NCBI GenBank assembly: GCA_964584545.1 | Contig: CAZPAG010000001.1 | Coordinates: forward strand, 29,762-64,924 | DNA: 35,163 nt | Origin: an uncultured Candidatus Saccharibacteria bacterium | GTDB taxonomy: Bacteria; Patescibacteriota; Minisyncoccia; Minisyncoccales; CAZPAG01 | Reading direction: 5' to 3' | Shown: one piece after another, positions 17,262-25,746 of the stretch | Position numbering within the stretch: the stretch's first letter is position 1 | Layout: each line of letters starts with the position of its first letter | Translations under genes and position numbers: made by a program | Notes under the pieces: model-generated | What the model was told of the DNA's origin: nothing | Databases searched by the model: none | What the model saw: only the letters and a program-made list of their open reading frames with translations

Positions 17262-17573
17262 ATGGCACCACAAAAAATTATAAACAAAATAAAAGACAGT
17301 AAACCGCTAAAAACGATTCGGGAATCGCAAAAAGAGACCAGGAAAACCATGGTCACTTTGATTGCGAGTAGTCTTGGATTAATAACGGCTTTGGCCTGGA
17401 ATGACGCTATTCAAAGCTTCTTTAATATTGTCTTTCCGAAGTCGGGCGGACTGGTAGGTAAATTTATCTACGCCATATTAATCACTGTTGTTGTAATGAA
17501 TCTTTCCTCCCAGCTAAAGACATTCTTCGACCCAAAAGAAGAGCCAGCCAAGCAGAAAAAATCCCAACAATAA
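17262..17573 (+). CDS. Small two-TM membrane protein (DUF5654-like)
   Basis: LI.SSLGLITALAWNDAIQ..F and F.YAILITV hydrophobic segments. Confidence 0.7.
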   Translation: MAPQKIINKIKDSKPLKTIRESQKETRKTMVTLIASSLGLITALAWNDAIQSFFNIVFPKSGGLVGKFIYAILITVVVMNLSSQLKTFFDPKEEPAKQKKSQQ

Positions 17574-18027
17574 TCCCGCCTAAGATGTCTAAGGGCCAAT
17601 GAACGCCGCAGAAAACTCTGGAGACAGAGATTAAAAGACTGACAACAAAAAAAATGATGCCGGTTTTTTTGTTATAGTGGTAAATTACTGCAGACAAAGC
17701 GAAAAAGAAAGCAGCGTGGCCAGAAGGGAAAGAATAACTATTATCGTGATTTAAAAGCAGATTTACGCTGTTTTCTACAAACGGCCTCGCTCTGTGCCAG
17801 AAAAAACGGATCATCTCTGCGATTCCAAACCTGGCAAGCATGGAAGCAGAAAGCCCTACTATCACCATTGGCAGATATTTTTTAAAGTTTTTAATCAGGA
17901 AAAAAAATAGAACTGCCATTAAAAAATACTGCAGATATTCAGCGAAAAAAATCGCTAAAGAATCCAGACAAACCGATTTACCGGCAAGGCCATTTATATA
18001 TTGGAATAAGCACAGGTCAATACTCAT
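17482..18027 (-). CDS. PAP2 family membrane phosphatase (BcrC-like, possible undecaprenyl-diphosphatase)
   Basis: R.....R.RP, SFPSGH, SR...GVHWP.D motifs. Confidence 0.88.
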   Translation of the reverse strand: MSIDLCLFQYINGLAGKSVCLDSLAIFFAEYLQYFLMAVLFFFLIKNFKKYLPMVIVGLSASMLARFGIAEMIRFFWHRARPFVENSVNLLLNHDNSYSFPSGHAAFFFALSAVIYHYNKKTGIIFFVVSLLISVSRVFCGVHWPLDILGGIIVGIFSAWLALLLGRRMSLAGRKDSLQQQ

Positions 18028-18854
18028 TTCTTTTTATTAACAATTAAATTCTCCAACAAACAGGCGATAGTCATGGGCCCTACTCCGCCAGGAACCGGGG
18101 TGATATAACTTGCCCTTTTAGAAACCGACTTAAAATCAATATCCCCTTTTAATTTGTTTCCCTCGACAATGGTTCCAGCGTCAATTATCACAACTCCGCT
18201 TTTTACCATGTCGCCGGTTATAAGACCGGGTTTTCCGACTCCTGAAATTATAATATCAGCTTTCTTGGTCAAAGAAGAAATGTTTTTAGTGAATTTGTCT
18301 ACTACCAAAACCCTCGCCTTCTTACTAAGAAGCCATTTGCTTACGGGCTGACCGACCAGTCTCCCGGCCCCAATCACGACAATATTTTTCCTTTTGACCA
18401 ATATTTTATATTCCCTTAAGAGGTGAGATACCGCTCCCACAACGGGCGGCAAAATTAAAGACTTTCCTCCGTAAAAATTATCTAAATTCCCCCGAGACAA
18501 GCAATCAATATCTTTTTCTGGCGGAATAAGGTTTAAAATCTCCTGGCCGTTAAAGTTCCCCGGCAAAGGTAGCTGGATAACCACGCCGGAATTATCCTTT
18601 TCTTCGGCTATTTTTTCAACCGCATTTTTCAAGCCCTGCAAAATGATATTCTTTTCAAACTGATACAATTTAAAATCTATACCGACCTTCTCGCAGGTCT
18701 CTTTCTTTTTCCGTATAAAAACCCGGGAAACGGAATTCTCCCCGACCAAAACAACCGCCAATCTCAGTTTTAAACGGCGGCTTTTAATTTGTTTTTTAAT
18801 TGATTTTAATATCTTTTCGGCTAATTTCTTGCCGTCAATAAGCTTATATGCCAT
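18024..18854 (-). CDS. folD: Methylenetetrahydrofolate dehydrogenase/cyclohydrolase
   Basis: IDGK, LAVVLVG, IQLPLP, G..VG.P, ADIIISGVG, GDIDF, ITPVPGGVGPMT. Confidence 0.93.
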   Translation of the reverse strand: MAYKLIDGKKLAEKILKSIKKQIKSRRLKLRLAVVLVGENSVSRVFIRKKKETCEKVGIDFKLYQFEKNIILQGLKNAVEKIAEEKDNSGVVIQLPLPGNFNGQEILNLIPPEKDIDCLSRGNLDNFYGGKSLILPPVVGAVSHLLREYKILVKRKNIVVIGAGRLVGQPVSKWLLSKKARVLVVDKFTKNISSLTKKADIIISGVGKPGLITGDMVKSGVVIIDAGTIVEGNKLKGDIDFKSVSKRASYITPVPGGVGPMTIACLLENLIVNKKK

Positions 18855-18943
18855 GCTTCTATTTTAATCAATTTAAGAATTTGGTCAAAAAAACAAGACG
18901 CTTCCTCAACGCCTTGAATCGATCCTTTAATACCGTATATCTT

Positions 18944-20266
18944 TTAAGGTATCTGAAAATCTTTGCCAAACTCTGAAATCTCCTTCTTTATCTTTTTAAC
19001 CAGCTGACTATTTTTCATATCCTCCCTGAATTTTTTAAGATACTTTCCTCTTTCTTCTTTGTTCTCCGGCAATTTATAATTTTTAATCTCTTTAACTATT
19101 TGAGAAATCCAGCCTGCAATAAATTTCATCTCTTTTTCTTTCATTCCTCTGGTAGTGATAGCGGGCGTCCCCAGTCTTACTCCGCTCGGATAAAAAGGAG
19201 TTGCCGGGTCAGCAGGTATGGTATTTTTATTTACGGTTATTCCGGCCATATCCAAAGCGTCCTGTAAAAAAACTCCTCTGCCCGGACCGTCCGGCGTCAA
19301 ATCAATCACTATCATATGGTTATCAGTTCCTCCTGAGACAATCTTGACTCCGTTTTCCATTAAGCCTTCTGCCAAAGCCCTGGAGTTCTTAACTATTTGC
19401 TTCCCGTATTCTTTAAACTCGGGCTTCAAAGCCTCTCCCAAGGCTACGGCTATTGCAGCTGTCTGATGATTATGAGGCCCTCCCTGAACGCCACCCGGGA
19501 ATATGGCTTTATCTACTTTTTCTCCCAGCTCGGGATCTTTTGACAACCCTTTTTCAGTAACCATAATTATGCCTCCCCTTGGGCCACGCAGAGTTTTATG
19601 AGTGGTGGTCGTAACAATATGGGCGAAATCAACCGGACTCTTGTGAGCTCCGGCAATAACCAATCCTGCGATATGAGATATGTCCGCAACAAAGTAAGCT
19701 CCGACTTCATCGGCAATTTTAGAAATTTCTTCAAAAGGAAATTCTCTGACGTAAGCCGTAGCGCCACACCAGATAAGTTTTGGCTTATGCTCTATTGCCA
19801 AAGCCCTGGCTTCTTCAATATCAATATAGCCGTCTTTTTTAACGTGATAAGGAATACTTTTGAAAATCTTGGAAGTTATGTTTACTTTCCAGCCATGGCT
19901 GATATGCCCGCCGTCAGGAAGATTCTGACCCATTATCGTATCTCCAGGATTACAAACAGCCAGATAAACTGCGAAATTAGCCGGGCTGCCGGAATACGGC
20001 TGAACGTTAACATAAGGCACGCCAAAAACCTTTTTAGCCCGTTCAATGGCCAAATTTTCAATCTGGTCTATGAACTGATTGCCGCCGTAGTACCTCTTGC
20101 CAGGATACCCTTCAGAATACTTATCAGTAAGGATAGAACCCAAAGCCTCAAGGACCGAAGGCGAAGTATGATTTTCCGAAGGAATCATTTCCAACCCTTC
20201 TTTTCTCCTTTGCTTCTCGGCCTCAATCAGCTCGTAAATTTTAGGATCTGTTTGCTTCAAATACAT
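18944..20266 (-). CDS. glyA: Serine hydroxymethyltransferase
   Basis: MIPSEN, KYSEGYPGKRYYGG, TTTTHKTLRGPRGG, GGTDNH, SGVRLGTPA.TTRG. Confidence 0.98.
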   Translation of the reverse strand: MYLKQTDPKIYELIEAEKQRRKEGLEMIPSENHTSPSVLEALGSILTDKYSEGYPGKRYYGGNQFIDQIENLAIERAKKVFGVPYVNVQPYSGSPANFAVYLAVCNPGDTIMGQNLPDGGHISHGWKVNITSKIFKSIPYHVKKDGYIDIEEARALAIEHKPKLIWCGATAYVREFPFEEISKIADEVGAYFVADISHIAGLVIAGAHKSPVDFAHIVTTTTHKTLRGPRGGIIMVTEKGLSKDPELGEKVDKAIFPGGVQGGPHNHQTAAIAVALGEALKPEFKEYGKQIVKNSRALAEGLMENGVKIVSGGTDNHMIVIDLTPDGPGRGVFLQDALDMAGITVNKNTIPADPATPFYPSGVRLGTPAITTRGMKEKEMKFIAGWISQIVKEIKNYKLPENKEERGKYLKKFREDMKNSQLVKKIKKEISEFGKDFQIP

Positions 20267-20270
20267 AATA

Positions 20271-20864
20271 CTATCCCTTTCTTAGTATTGTATATTTTTC
20301 ACCGGTTAAATCAACCACCTCAGAGGGCTTGTTGAATTTTAATTTACCGGCATCAATTATTAAATCGGGCTTTATCTTTTCTCTTTCATACCGCCGGATA
20401 ATTTTTCTTACGTCATTCAACGAAGGTTGGCCGGAAATATTAACTGAAGTTTCTGCCAGAGGAAACTTTAGCATTTTAAGCAAAAGATTAATTAACTTAT
20501 ATTTTGGAACTCTAATCCCTATCGTTTTTTTATCAACTCCGTATAATATTTTTCTTCCTTTTCTGTTTAATACAGCTGTTAATTTTCCGGGCCATTTTTT
20601 TCTTAAAAACTTCTCTTGGCTTTTATTGATTTCCGATATCTCTTTAGCCGCTTTTATGTTTTCGACAAAAACTGGAATAGGATTAATTTTCGCTCTATTT
20701 TTTATCTTATAAATCTTTCCTACCGCTTTTTTATTTGTAGCACCACATAAAAAACCGTAAACCGTGTCTGTCGGACAAGCCACAATTTTACCTTTTTTAA
20801 TAAAGCTTGATGCTATCTTAACTACACTATTTAAATTTTTACGGGTTAATTTTAATATAAACAT
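20271..20864 (-). CDS. tsaC: L-threonylcarbamoyladenylate synthase (YrdC/TsaC, no Sua5 domain)
   Basis: PTDTVYG, IY.IK.R...NP, WPG.LT, IGIRVP, TS.N.SG, PS.VVD, ILRKG. Confidence 0.92.
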   Translation of the reverse strand: MFILKLTRKNLNSVVKIASSFIKKGKIVACPTDTVYGFLCGATNKKAVGKIYKIKNRAKINPIPVFVENIKAAKEISEINKSQEKFLRKKWPGKLTAVLNRKGRKILYGVDKKTIGIRVPKYKLINLLLKMLKFPLAETSVNISGQPSLNDVRKIIRRYEREKIKPDLIIDAGKLKFNKPSEVVDLTGEKYTILRKG

Positions 20865-20896
20865 TTTTTAAGTATATCATAACTAATTTAACTATT

Positions 20897-20924
20897 AAAA
20901 ACGAAAAAGCTCCCCGAAGGGAGT
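20897..20924 (-). terminator. Rho-independent terminator (CTCCC-TTCG-GGGAG followed by CTTTTTCGTTTTT)
   Basis: C(UUCG)G tetraloop hairpin followed by a U tract on the minus strand. Confidence 0.8.
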
Positions 20925-21105
20925 TATTATTGAGAAGATGAGTGAGCCGGGCGCTCTGTTTAAAGCTAAGTTCCAGCTTCTGAGCGCCCGAGCTCTACCT
21001 CGTGTTTGGCAGTTCAATCACTACCATGCAGGGTCTTATAACCCTACTTTTCGTTACGCAAGCGCCATATAAGGCGCGCCTATTCAATTAAAGGACAACC
21101 CATGG

Positions 21106-21145
21106 ACAAATGTAGGTAGGCAAGCACAAATGGTGGTAGGCAGGC
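21106..21145. repeat. 20-bp imperfect tandem duplication (ACAAATGTAGGTAGGCAAGC / ACAAATGGTGGTAGGCAGGC)
   Basis: 17/20 identical. Confidence 0.85.
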
Positions 21146-21353
21146 AAAGATATGGACGCGTAGCTACAGGTGATCGCGAGCCAGGTGTTTCACCGCTTTC
21201 ATACCTCCTCGAAATATTATGACCATGGAAATGAATGACAGAGATATCCCTTTTTCCCTGATATATCTCACATGTCCTCCTAAGAGATTCTCTTTAGCAG
21301 GCTACCCTGCTGTTCCAGGCCATTACCACGTGTGGCCCGGCGCCGGCCGTGGT

Positions 21354-21431
21354 TTAGTCGAAGTTCATTTTGCCGCTGAGGCGACCGCCCTCGACAGAGA
21401 AGACTGTATTGGGTGATCTGATAGGGTTCAT
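21354..21431 (-). CDS. Possible 25-aa small ORF MNPIRSPNTVFSVEGGRLSGKMNFD
   Basis: GAGGAGGT ribosome-binding site with the ATG 5 nt after GGAGG; no homology recognised. Confidence 0.3.
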   Translation of the reverse strand: MNPIRSPNTVFSVEGGRLSGKMNFD

Positions 21432-21506
21432 GCATACCTCCTCTATTTTTCGATAGATAGACCTAACCGACCCATATTTAGATATAAAAGTTCCTCCTTT
21501 ATAGGG

Positions 21507-21535
21507 ATACTATCAAAACTATAAAAATCTGTCAA
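21507..21535 (-). promoter_or_regulatory. Sigma70 promoter TTGACA-N17-TAGTAT with extended TG
   Basis: Plus tgtcaa at 21530-21535, atacta at 21507-21512, tca at 21513-21515. Confidence 0.7.
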
Positions 21536-21573
21536 GTTACTAGAGTATTAAGGATAATCGTTGAGGATCTAAC

Positions 21574-22830
21574 TCAACAGGTCTTTTTTATCCCGTTGAA
21601 TTCTGTCCGGAAAATAATATTATCTTCAATATTCTCAGAAATAACAGATGCGGGGCCTATTTGGCAATTTGAACCGACTAAAACTCCCGGCATAAAAGAG
21701 CAATTTATTCCCGTTTTTGAATTCTCACCCATAATCACCCCTAGAGAGTCCCGACCTGTCCCGATTTTTTCGCCTTTAATAACGGATTTTACTTCTCCCC
21801 TGTCAATTCTTACATTGGCGACTATTGTCCCCGCCCCAAAAAGGCATCCCTTTCCTAAAATAGAATCTCCAAAAAACCCGGAATGGCAATGTACGCCTTC
21901 CTGAAAGATGCTTCTCGTCACTTCAGTATTGGTACCGACTATCGTTTTATCCTCCAGATTAGAATAATGCCTAACTAAAGCATTATTGCCGATAACAGAA
22001 TCATCTCCTATGCAGCATGGACCTTTAATAACCGCGTTTTCAAAAATCCTTACGTTTTCCCCGATATAAACGTTGCCCTGGATAACCGCGCTTTTTGCGA
22101 TTTTAGCAGTTTTCGATATTTTCTGCTTAGTAAGATATTCATCCATTAAAAATTTTGTCGCCTCAAACAAATGCCAAGGGTATTTTAAAGAAGTAGGCTC
22201 TTTCTCAACAGTTACCGCTCTCACTTCTTTTTCTTTCATATACAATCTGAGGGCATCTTCAAAAGAATACATATTCCCCGGGACCTTTTGGCAATAATTT
22301 AAAAATTCTTTAGGCAAAAAGTAAATCCCGATTACCCTTATATCCGAGGGCTCTTTGCCTTTTTCAGGTTTTTCAACTATATTTTTTACTTCGTCCCCTT
22401 CCAAGCCCAAAACGCCAAATAACCATGGAGTTAAGGTTTTCACTCCCAATAAAATAATATTTGTCGAAGACGACTTATATTTTTCTGAAACCGACTTAAC
22501 GTAATCCTCTGCGTCAAATCTTTCCGCGTTTAAAACAAAAAATTGTTCTTCTAATAAATCTTTCGTCTTCAAAAAGGCATCTCCCATTCCTTTGGGCTCT
22601 GGCTGAATGACATATTTAACGCTTATCCCCAAATCGTGATTTTTTAATTCTTCCTCCACGTCTCTTCCTTGCCTCTGGACTATAATAATATTTTTAATGC
22701 CAGATTTCTTTAATCCTTCTATCGTATACCAAATCAAAGGCTTACCCATTATCTTAATGAGGGATTTATGCTTTTTATTCAAGGGCCAGAAGCGAGAGTT
22801 CTCCCCGGCGGCCAAGATTACAGCTTGCAT
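21574..22830 (-). CDS. glmU: Bifunctional sugar-1-phosphate nucleotidylyltransferase/acetyltransferase (archaeal-type GlmU-like)
   Basis: AVILAAG..SRF.PL, VEKP, YPW.L, hexapeptide left-handed beta-helix C-terminus, [17 protein letters not shown]. Confidence 0.75.
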   Translation of the reverse strand: MQAVILAAGENSRFWPLNKKHKSLIKIMGKPLIWYTIEGLKKSGIKNIIIVQRQGRDVEEELKNHDLGISVKYVIQPEPKGMGDAFLKTKDLLEEQFFVLNAERFDAEDYVKSVSEKYKSSSTNIILLGVKTLTPWLFGVLGLEGDEVKNIVEKPEKGKEPSDIRVIGIYFLPKEFLNYCQKVPGNMYSFEDALRLYMKEKEVRAVTVEKEPTSLKYPWHLFEATKFLMDEYLTKQKISKTAKIAKSAVIQGNVYIGENVRIFENAVIKGPCCIGDDSVIGNNALVRHYSNLEDKTIVGTNTEVTRSIFQEGVHCHSGFFGDSILGKGCLFGAGTIVANVRIDRGEVKSVIKGEKIGTGRDSLGVIMGENSKTGINCSFMPGVLVGSNCQIGPASVISENIEDNIIFRTEFNGIKKTC

Positions 22831-23795
22831 AGTTTTGTTAAAATTTTAAGAGTTTTATGAGGGTCGTGGATAATAGGACCAGATTTTATCAAAAGATCGT
22901 ATCCTTTAAATTTCTTACAATCCAAACCGTCATCAATCTTAACTGGGTACAATGTGCTTTTGTCCTGTTTTTTGAAACTTCTAATCCTTGCTTTTGAAGG
23001 GATGTTTGTGTTATATACCACAAAATCCAGCTTGCAGCCGATATATCTCTCCATTTCGCGAGTAAAATCCAAAACCGAAAAACTATTCGTTTCCCCGAAT
23101 TTAGTCATCAAATTGCAGAGAAAAATCTTCTTAGCCTTACTTTTCCTTACGGCCTCCTTAATCCCTTTGGGTAAAAAACAAGGAATTATACTTGAATAAA
23201 GATCTCCTGGCCCAAAAATCAAAGAATCAGCCTTTTTTATTGATTCTAAAACCAAATTATAGGCTAAAGCCGCGGGTTTCAAATAAAGTTCTTTTATCTT
23301 TAAGTTTCCGTCGTGAAGTTTAGGAAAATCAATTTCGTCTTCTCCCTTGATAGATTTTCCGTTTTCCAAGGTGGCCCAAGCGTGAACCCTTTCTACTGTC
23401 GCCGGCAGAGCTTTATGTCTTTTTATTTCCAAAAAATCATGAGCGATTTTCAAAGCTCCCTTGAAATCTTTCAAAAAATACTCAAGACCGGCAATAAAAA
23501 CAGTGCCAAACCTGTGACCTTTGTGCCCTCCCGGAAACTTTTCATTTCCAAATCTAAATAAAAAAAGCTCTCTCTTCCAGTGAGGAGCGTTAGACAGAGC
23601 AACCAAATGGCGGGATATATCTCCCGGAGGCAGGATATTCAAATCTTTTCGCAACTGACCGGTAGAACCGCCGCTTTCCAGCATTGAGGTAACCGAAGTA
23701 ATCTCAACCTGCTTTTTTTTCAGCGGTTCTAAAACGGCTTTTGGCAAAGCGCTCCCTCCTCCGAAGCAAACAATTTTTTTCGTCTTTTTTGACAT
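22818..23795 (-). CDS. yvcK: YvcK/GlmR (CofD-like, UDP-GlcNAc-binding) family protein
   Basis: [50 protein letters not shown]; start MSKK at 23795. Confidence 0.88.
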   Translation of the reverse strand: MSKKTKKIVCFGGGSALPKAVLEPLKKKQVEITSVTSMLESGGSTGQLRKDLNILPPGDISRHLVALSNAPHWKRELFLFRFGNEKFPGGHKGHRFGTVFIAGLEYFLKDFKGALKIAHDFLEIKRHKALPATVERVHAWATLENGKSIKGEDEIDFPKLHDGNLKIKELYLKPAALAYNLVLESIKKADSLIFGPGDLYSSIIPCFLPKGIKEAVRKSKAKKIFLCNLMTKFGETNSFSVLDFTREMERYIGCKLDFVVYNTNIPSKARIRSFKKQDKSTLYPVKIDDGLDCKKFKGYDLLIKSGPIIHDPHKTLKILTKLCKL

Positions 23796-23844
23796 AATCC
23801 TTTTTTTATCGTAATCTAAAATTAAGCTTAAGTCAAAAGCATTT

Positions 23845-25104
23845 ATGGAAAAATTTTTAATCACTGGGTGCACTCCTCTATCAGGAGAAGTTGAAATTTC
23901 CGGCTATAAAAACTCTGCCGGAGCTATTTTGGCCGCTACCCTTTTGGCCGATTCTCCTTCGACTATCGATAACCTCCCCGTTTGCTCAGACGTCTTAGAC
24001 CAAATTGAAATATTAAAACAAATGGGGGCAGAGATAGAATGGCTGAATAAAAGAAAAATTAAAATAAACCCCGGGAATATACATCCTGAGAAAATCCCGG
24101 CAAGCCTCTTTGAAAAAATGAGGGTTTCTGTTTTATTAGTAGGCCCCCTCCTGGCTAAATTCAAAAAATGCAAAGTCCCCCATCCTGGCGGAGATAGAAT
24201 AGGACTCCGCCCAATTTCCACCCATCTTATTGCTTTAAGGGATTTTGGAGTAAAAATCGAGGAAAAAGAGGGTTTTTACTGTTTTGAAGCGCCCGAAAAC
24301 ATTGAAGGAAAAAAAATTGTTTTAAAAGAGTTTTCGCCGACAGCGACAGAGATTATCATGATGGTGGCTGCCTTATCCAAAGGCAAAACAAAGATAGAGA
24401 TTGCGGCCGCCGAACCCCAAGTCCAAGATTTAGGGAAATTTTTAGAAAAGATGGGGCTGAATATAAAAGGTGTCGGAACCCATACCATTGAAATTGAAGG
24501 CAAAGAAAGGTTTTCCGGAACCGAGCATTCGATTTTTCCCGACCCGCTGGAATTTGGGAACTTTTTCATCGCCTTTGCCATAACTCAAGGCCAAGGAAAA
24601 ATCAAAAATGTAGTTCCGGAACACTTAACAATGTTCTTGGATAAAATGAAGGAGGTAGGGGTAAACTTTGAAGTCGGAGACAATGAGGTGGTTGTCAAAA
24701 AATCTTCAGAATTCAAGCCGGCGAGGATCCAAATTCTGCCTTATCCCGGTTTTCCAACCGACTTGCAACCCCAAACTTCTGTTTTGCTCACTCAGGCCCA
24801 AGGCAAAAGCGTTCTCCACGATCCGTTATATGAAAACCGCTTCCAGCACCTCCACGAATTAAGAAAAATGGGAGCAGACATAGAGGTGGTAGACCCTCAT
24901 CGCGCCTTAATCTTCGGCAAAAAAGAATTAATAGGAAATAAAATAAACGCATCCGATATAAGAGCTGGAGCGGCCCTAATCTTGGCAGGATTAATAGCCA
25001 AAGGAGAAACTATTATTGAAAATATCTCTCAAATAGAAAGGGGACACGAAAGGATAGAAGAAAAACTAAAAGGACTCGGTGCTCAAATCAAAAAAATCAA
25101 TTAA
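23845..25104 (+). CDS. murA: UDP-N-acetylglucosamine 1-carboxyvinyltransferase
   Basis: SG.KN, MR.S, PGGD.IG.RPI..H, PYPGFPTDLQ, YENRF, ASDIRAGAAL, RG.E. Confidence 0.96.
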   Translation: MEKFLITGCTPLSGEVEISGYKNSAGAILAATLLADSPSTIDNLPVCSDVLDQIEILKQMGAEIEWLNKRKIKINPGNIHPEKIPASLFEKMRVSVLLVGPLLAKFKKCKVPHPGGDRIGLRPISTHLIALRDFGVKIEEKEGFYCFEAPENIEGKKIVLKEFSPTATEIIMMVAALSKGKTKIEIAAAEPQVQDLGKFLEKMGLNIKGVGTHTIEIEGKERFSGTEHSIFPDPLEFGNFFIAFAITQGQGKIKNVVPEHLTMFLDKMKEVGVNFEVGDNEVVVKKSSEFKPARIQILPYPGFPTDLQPQTSVLLTQAQGKSVLHDPLYENRFQHLHELRKMGADIEVVDPHRALIFGKKELIGNKINASDIRAGAALILAGLIAKGETIIENISQIERGHERIEEKLKGLGAQIKKIN

Positions 25105-25119
25105 TTTCATAGATTTATC

Positions 25120-25146
25120 AAAAAACCGCCCCTATGGGCGTTTTTT
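25120..25146. terminator. Bidirectional intrinsic terminator between the convergent murA and iorB
   Basis: AAAAAAC-CGCCC-CTAT-GGGCG-TTTTTT. Confidence 0.75.
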
Positions 25147-25166
25147 AATTTCACCGATAAAACTTC

Positions 25167-25745
25167 CTATTTCCCAGCCAGATTAAAGGCCTTTTCGTTC
25201 AATTCTAAGAACTTTTCAGGAACTATATTCTTGATGGCAGAAAGGAGAGAAGCTGATTTTAAAGGCATAAATCCTTTAAAAACTGCGTATCCCAAAAGAT
25301 AAATTCCTGCCACTACATCTGTCCCAAATTCTTTCTGGCATATTTCTCCAGCCGGAACCAAATAGGCTTTCTGGGATAGTTTTTTAATATTGTCTAAAAC
25401 TTCCTTCTCGGAAAAATCCTTTAGAAAAGTCGGCGTTTGATATTTGTTTATCAAAAAAACCGTATCTTTTGAGGAAAAATACAATCCGTTTATGGATTCC
25501 TGCATTTCCAAAGATAAAATTAAACCCGCCTTACCCTTTTCAACCAATGGCGACCAGATCTTTTTACCGAATCTGATATATACTTCTACAGAACCTCCCC
25601 TTTGAGACAGCCCATGAAGTTCCGAAGTTCTGACGTCTTTCCCCTCGATTAAGGCTGCTTCAGAGATAATCTTAAGCAAAGTAATCAATCCCTGTCCCCC
25701 CACTCCGTTAATAATCATATTAAATTCCTGCTTTTCTTTTTTCAT
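25167..25745 (-). CDS. iorB: Indolepyruvate:ferredoxin oxidoreductase beta subunit
   Basis: GVGGQG, SELHGLSQRGGSV, SPLV..G, N.KAF. Confidence 0.88.
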   Translation of the reverse strand: MKKEKQEFNMIINGVGGQGLITLLKIISEAALIEGKDVRTSELHGLSQRGGSVEVYIRFGKKIWSPLVEKGKAGLILSLEMQESINGLYFSSKDTVFLINKYQTPTFLKDFSEKEVLDNIKKLSQKAYLVPAGEICQKEFGTDVVAGIYLLGYAVFKGFMPLKSASLLSAIKNIVPEKFLELNEKAFNLAGK

Positions 25746-25746
25746 A

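Larger units (their letters stand above)
20900..21500 (-). ncRNA. Putative ~600-nt structured transcript (ncRNA or small-ORF mRNA), family not recognised
   Basis: Own promoter and terminator, at least 8 hairpins, G-U pairs favouring the minus strand, no minus-strand ORF of 60 aa or more. Confidence 0.5.

Noticed and set aside
17176-17270. Integrated element at tRNA-Leu
   Set aside because: No integrase, no distant duplicate of the tRNA 3' end noticed, and the flanking genes are housekeeping.
20940-21002. RNase P RNA (GAGGTAGAGCTCGGGC and ACAGAGCGCCCGGCTCA loosely echo the P4 strands)
   Set aside because: The two segments are arms of one local hairpin about 50 nt long rather than about 300 nt apart, and GAGGAAAGTCC is absent.
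21219-21416. 65-aa plus-strand ORF from the track
   Set aside because: No RBS or promoter, opposite to the promoter, terminator and G-U polarity of the region, and no recognisable motif.
20900-21500. tmRNA
   Set aside because: No tRNA-Ala-like acceptor stem, TTCGA T-loop or CCA end is visible on either strand.
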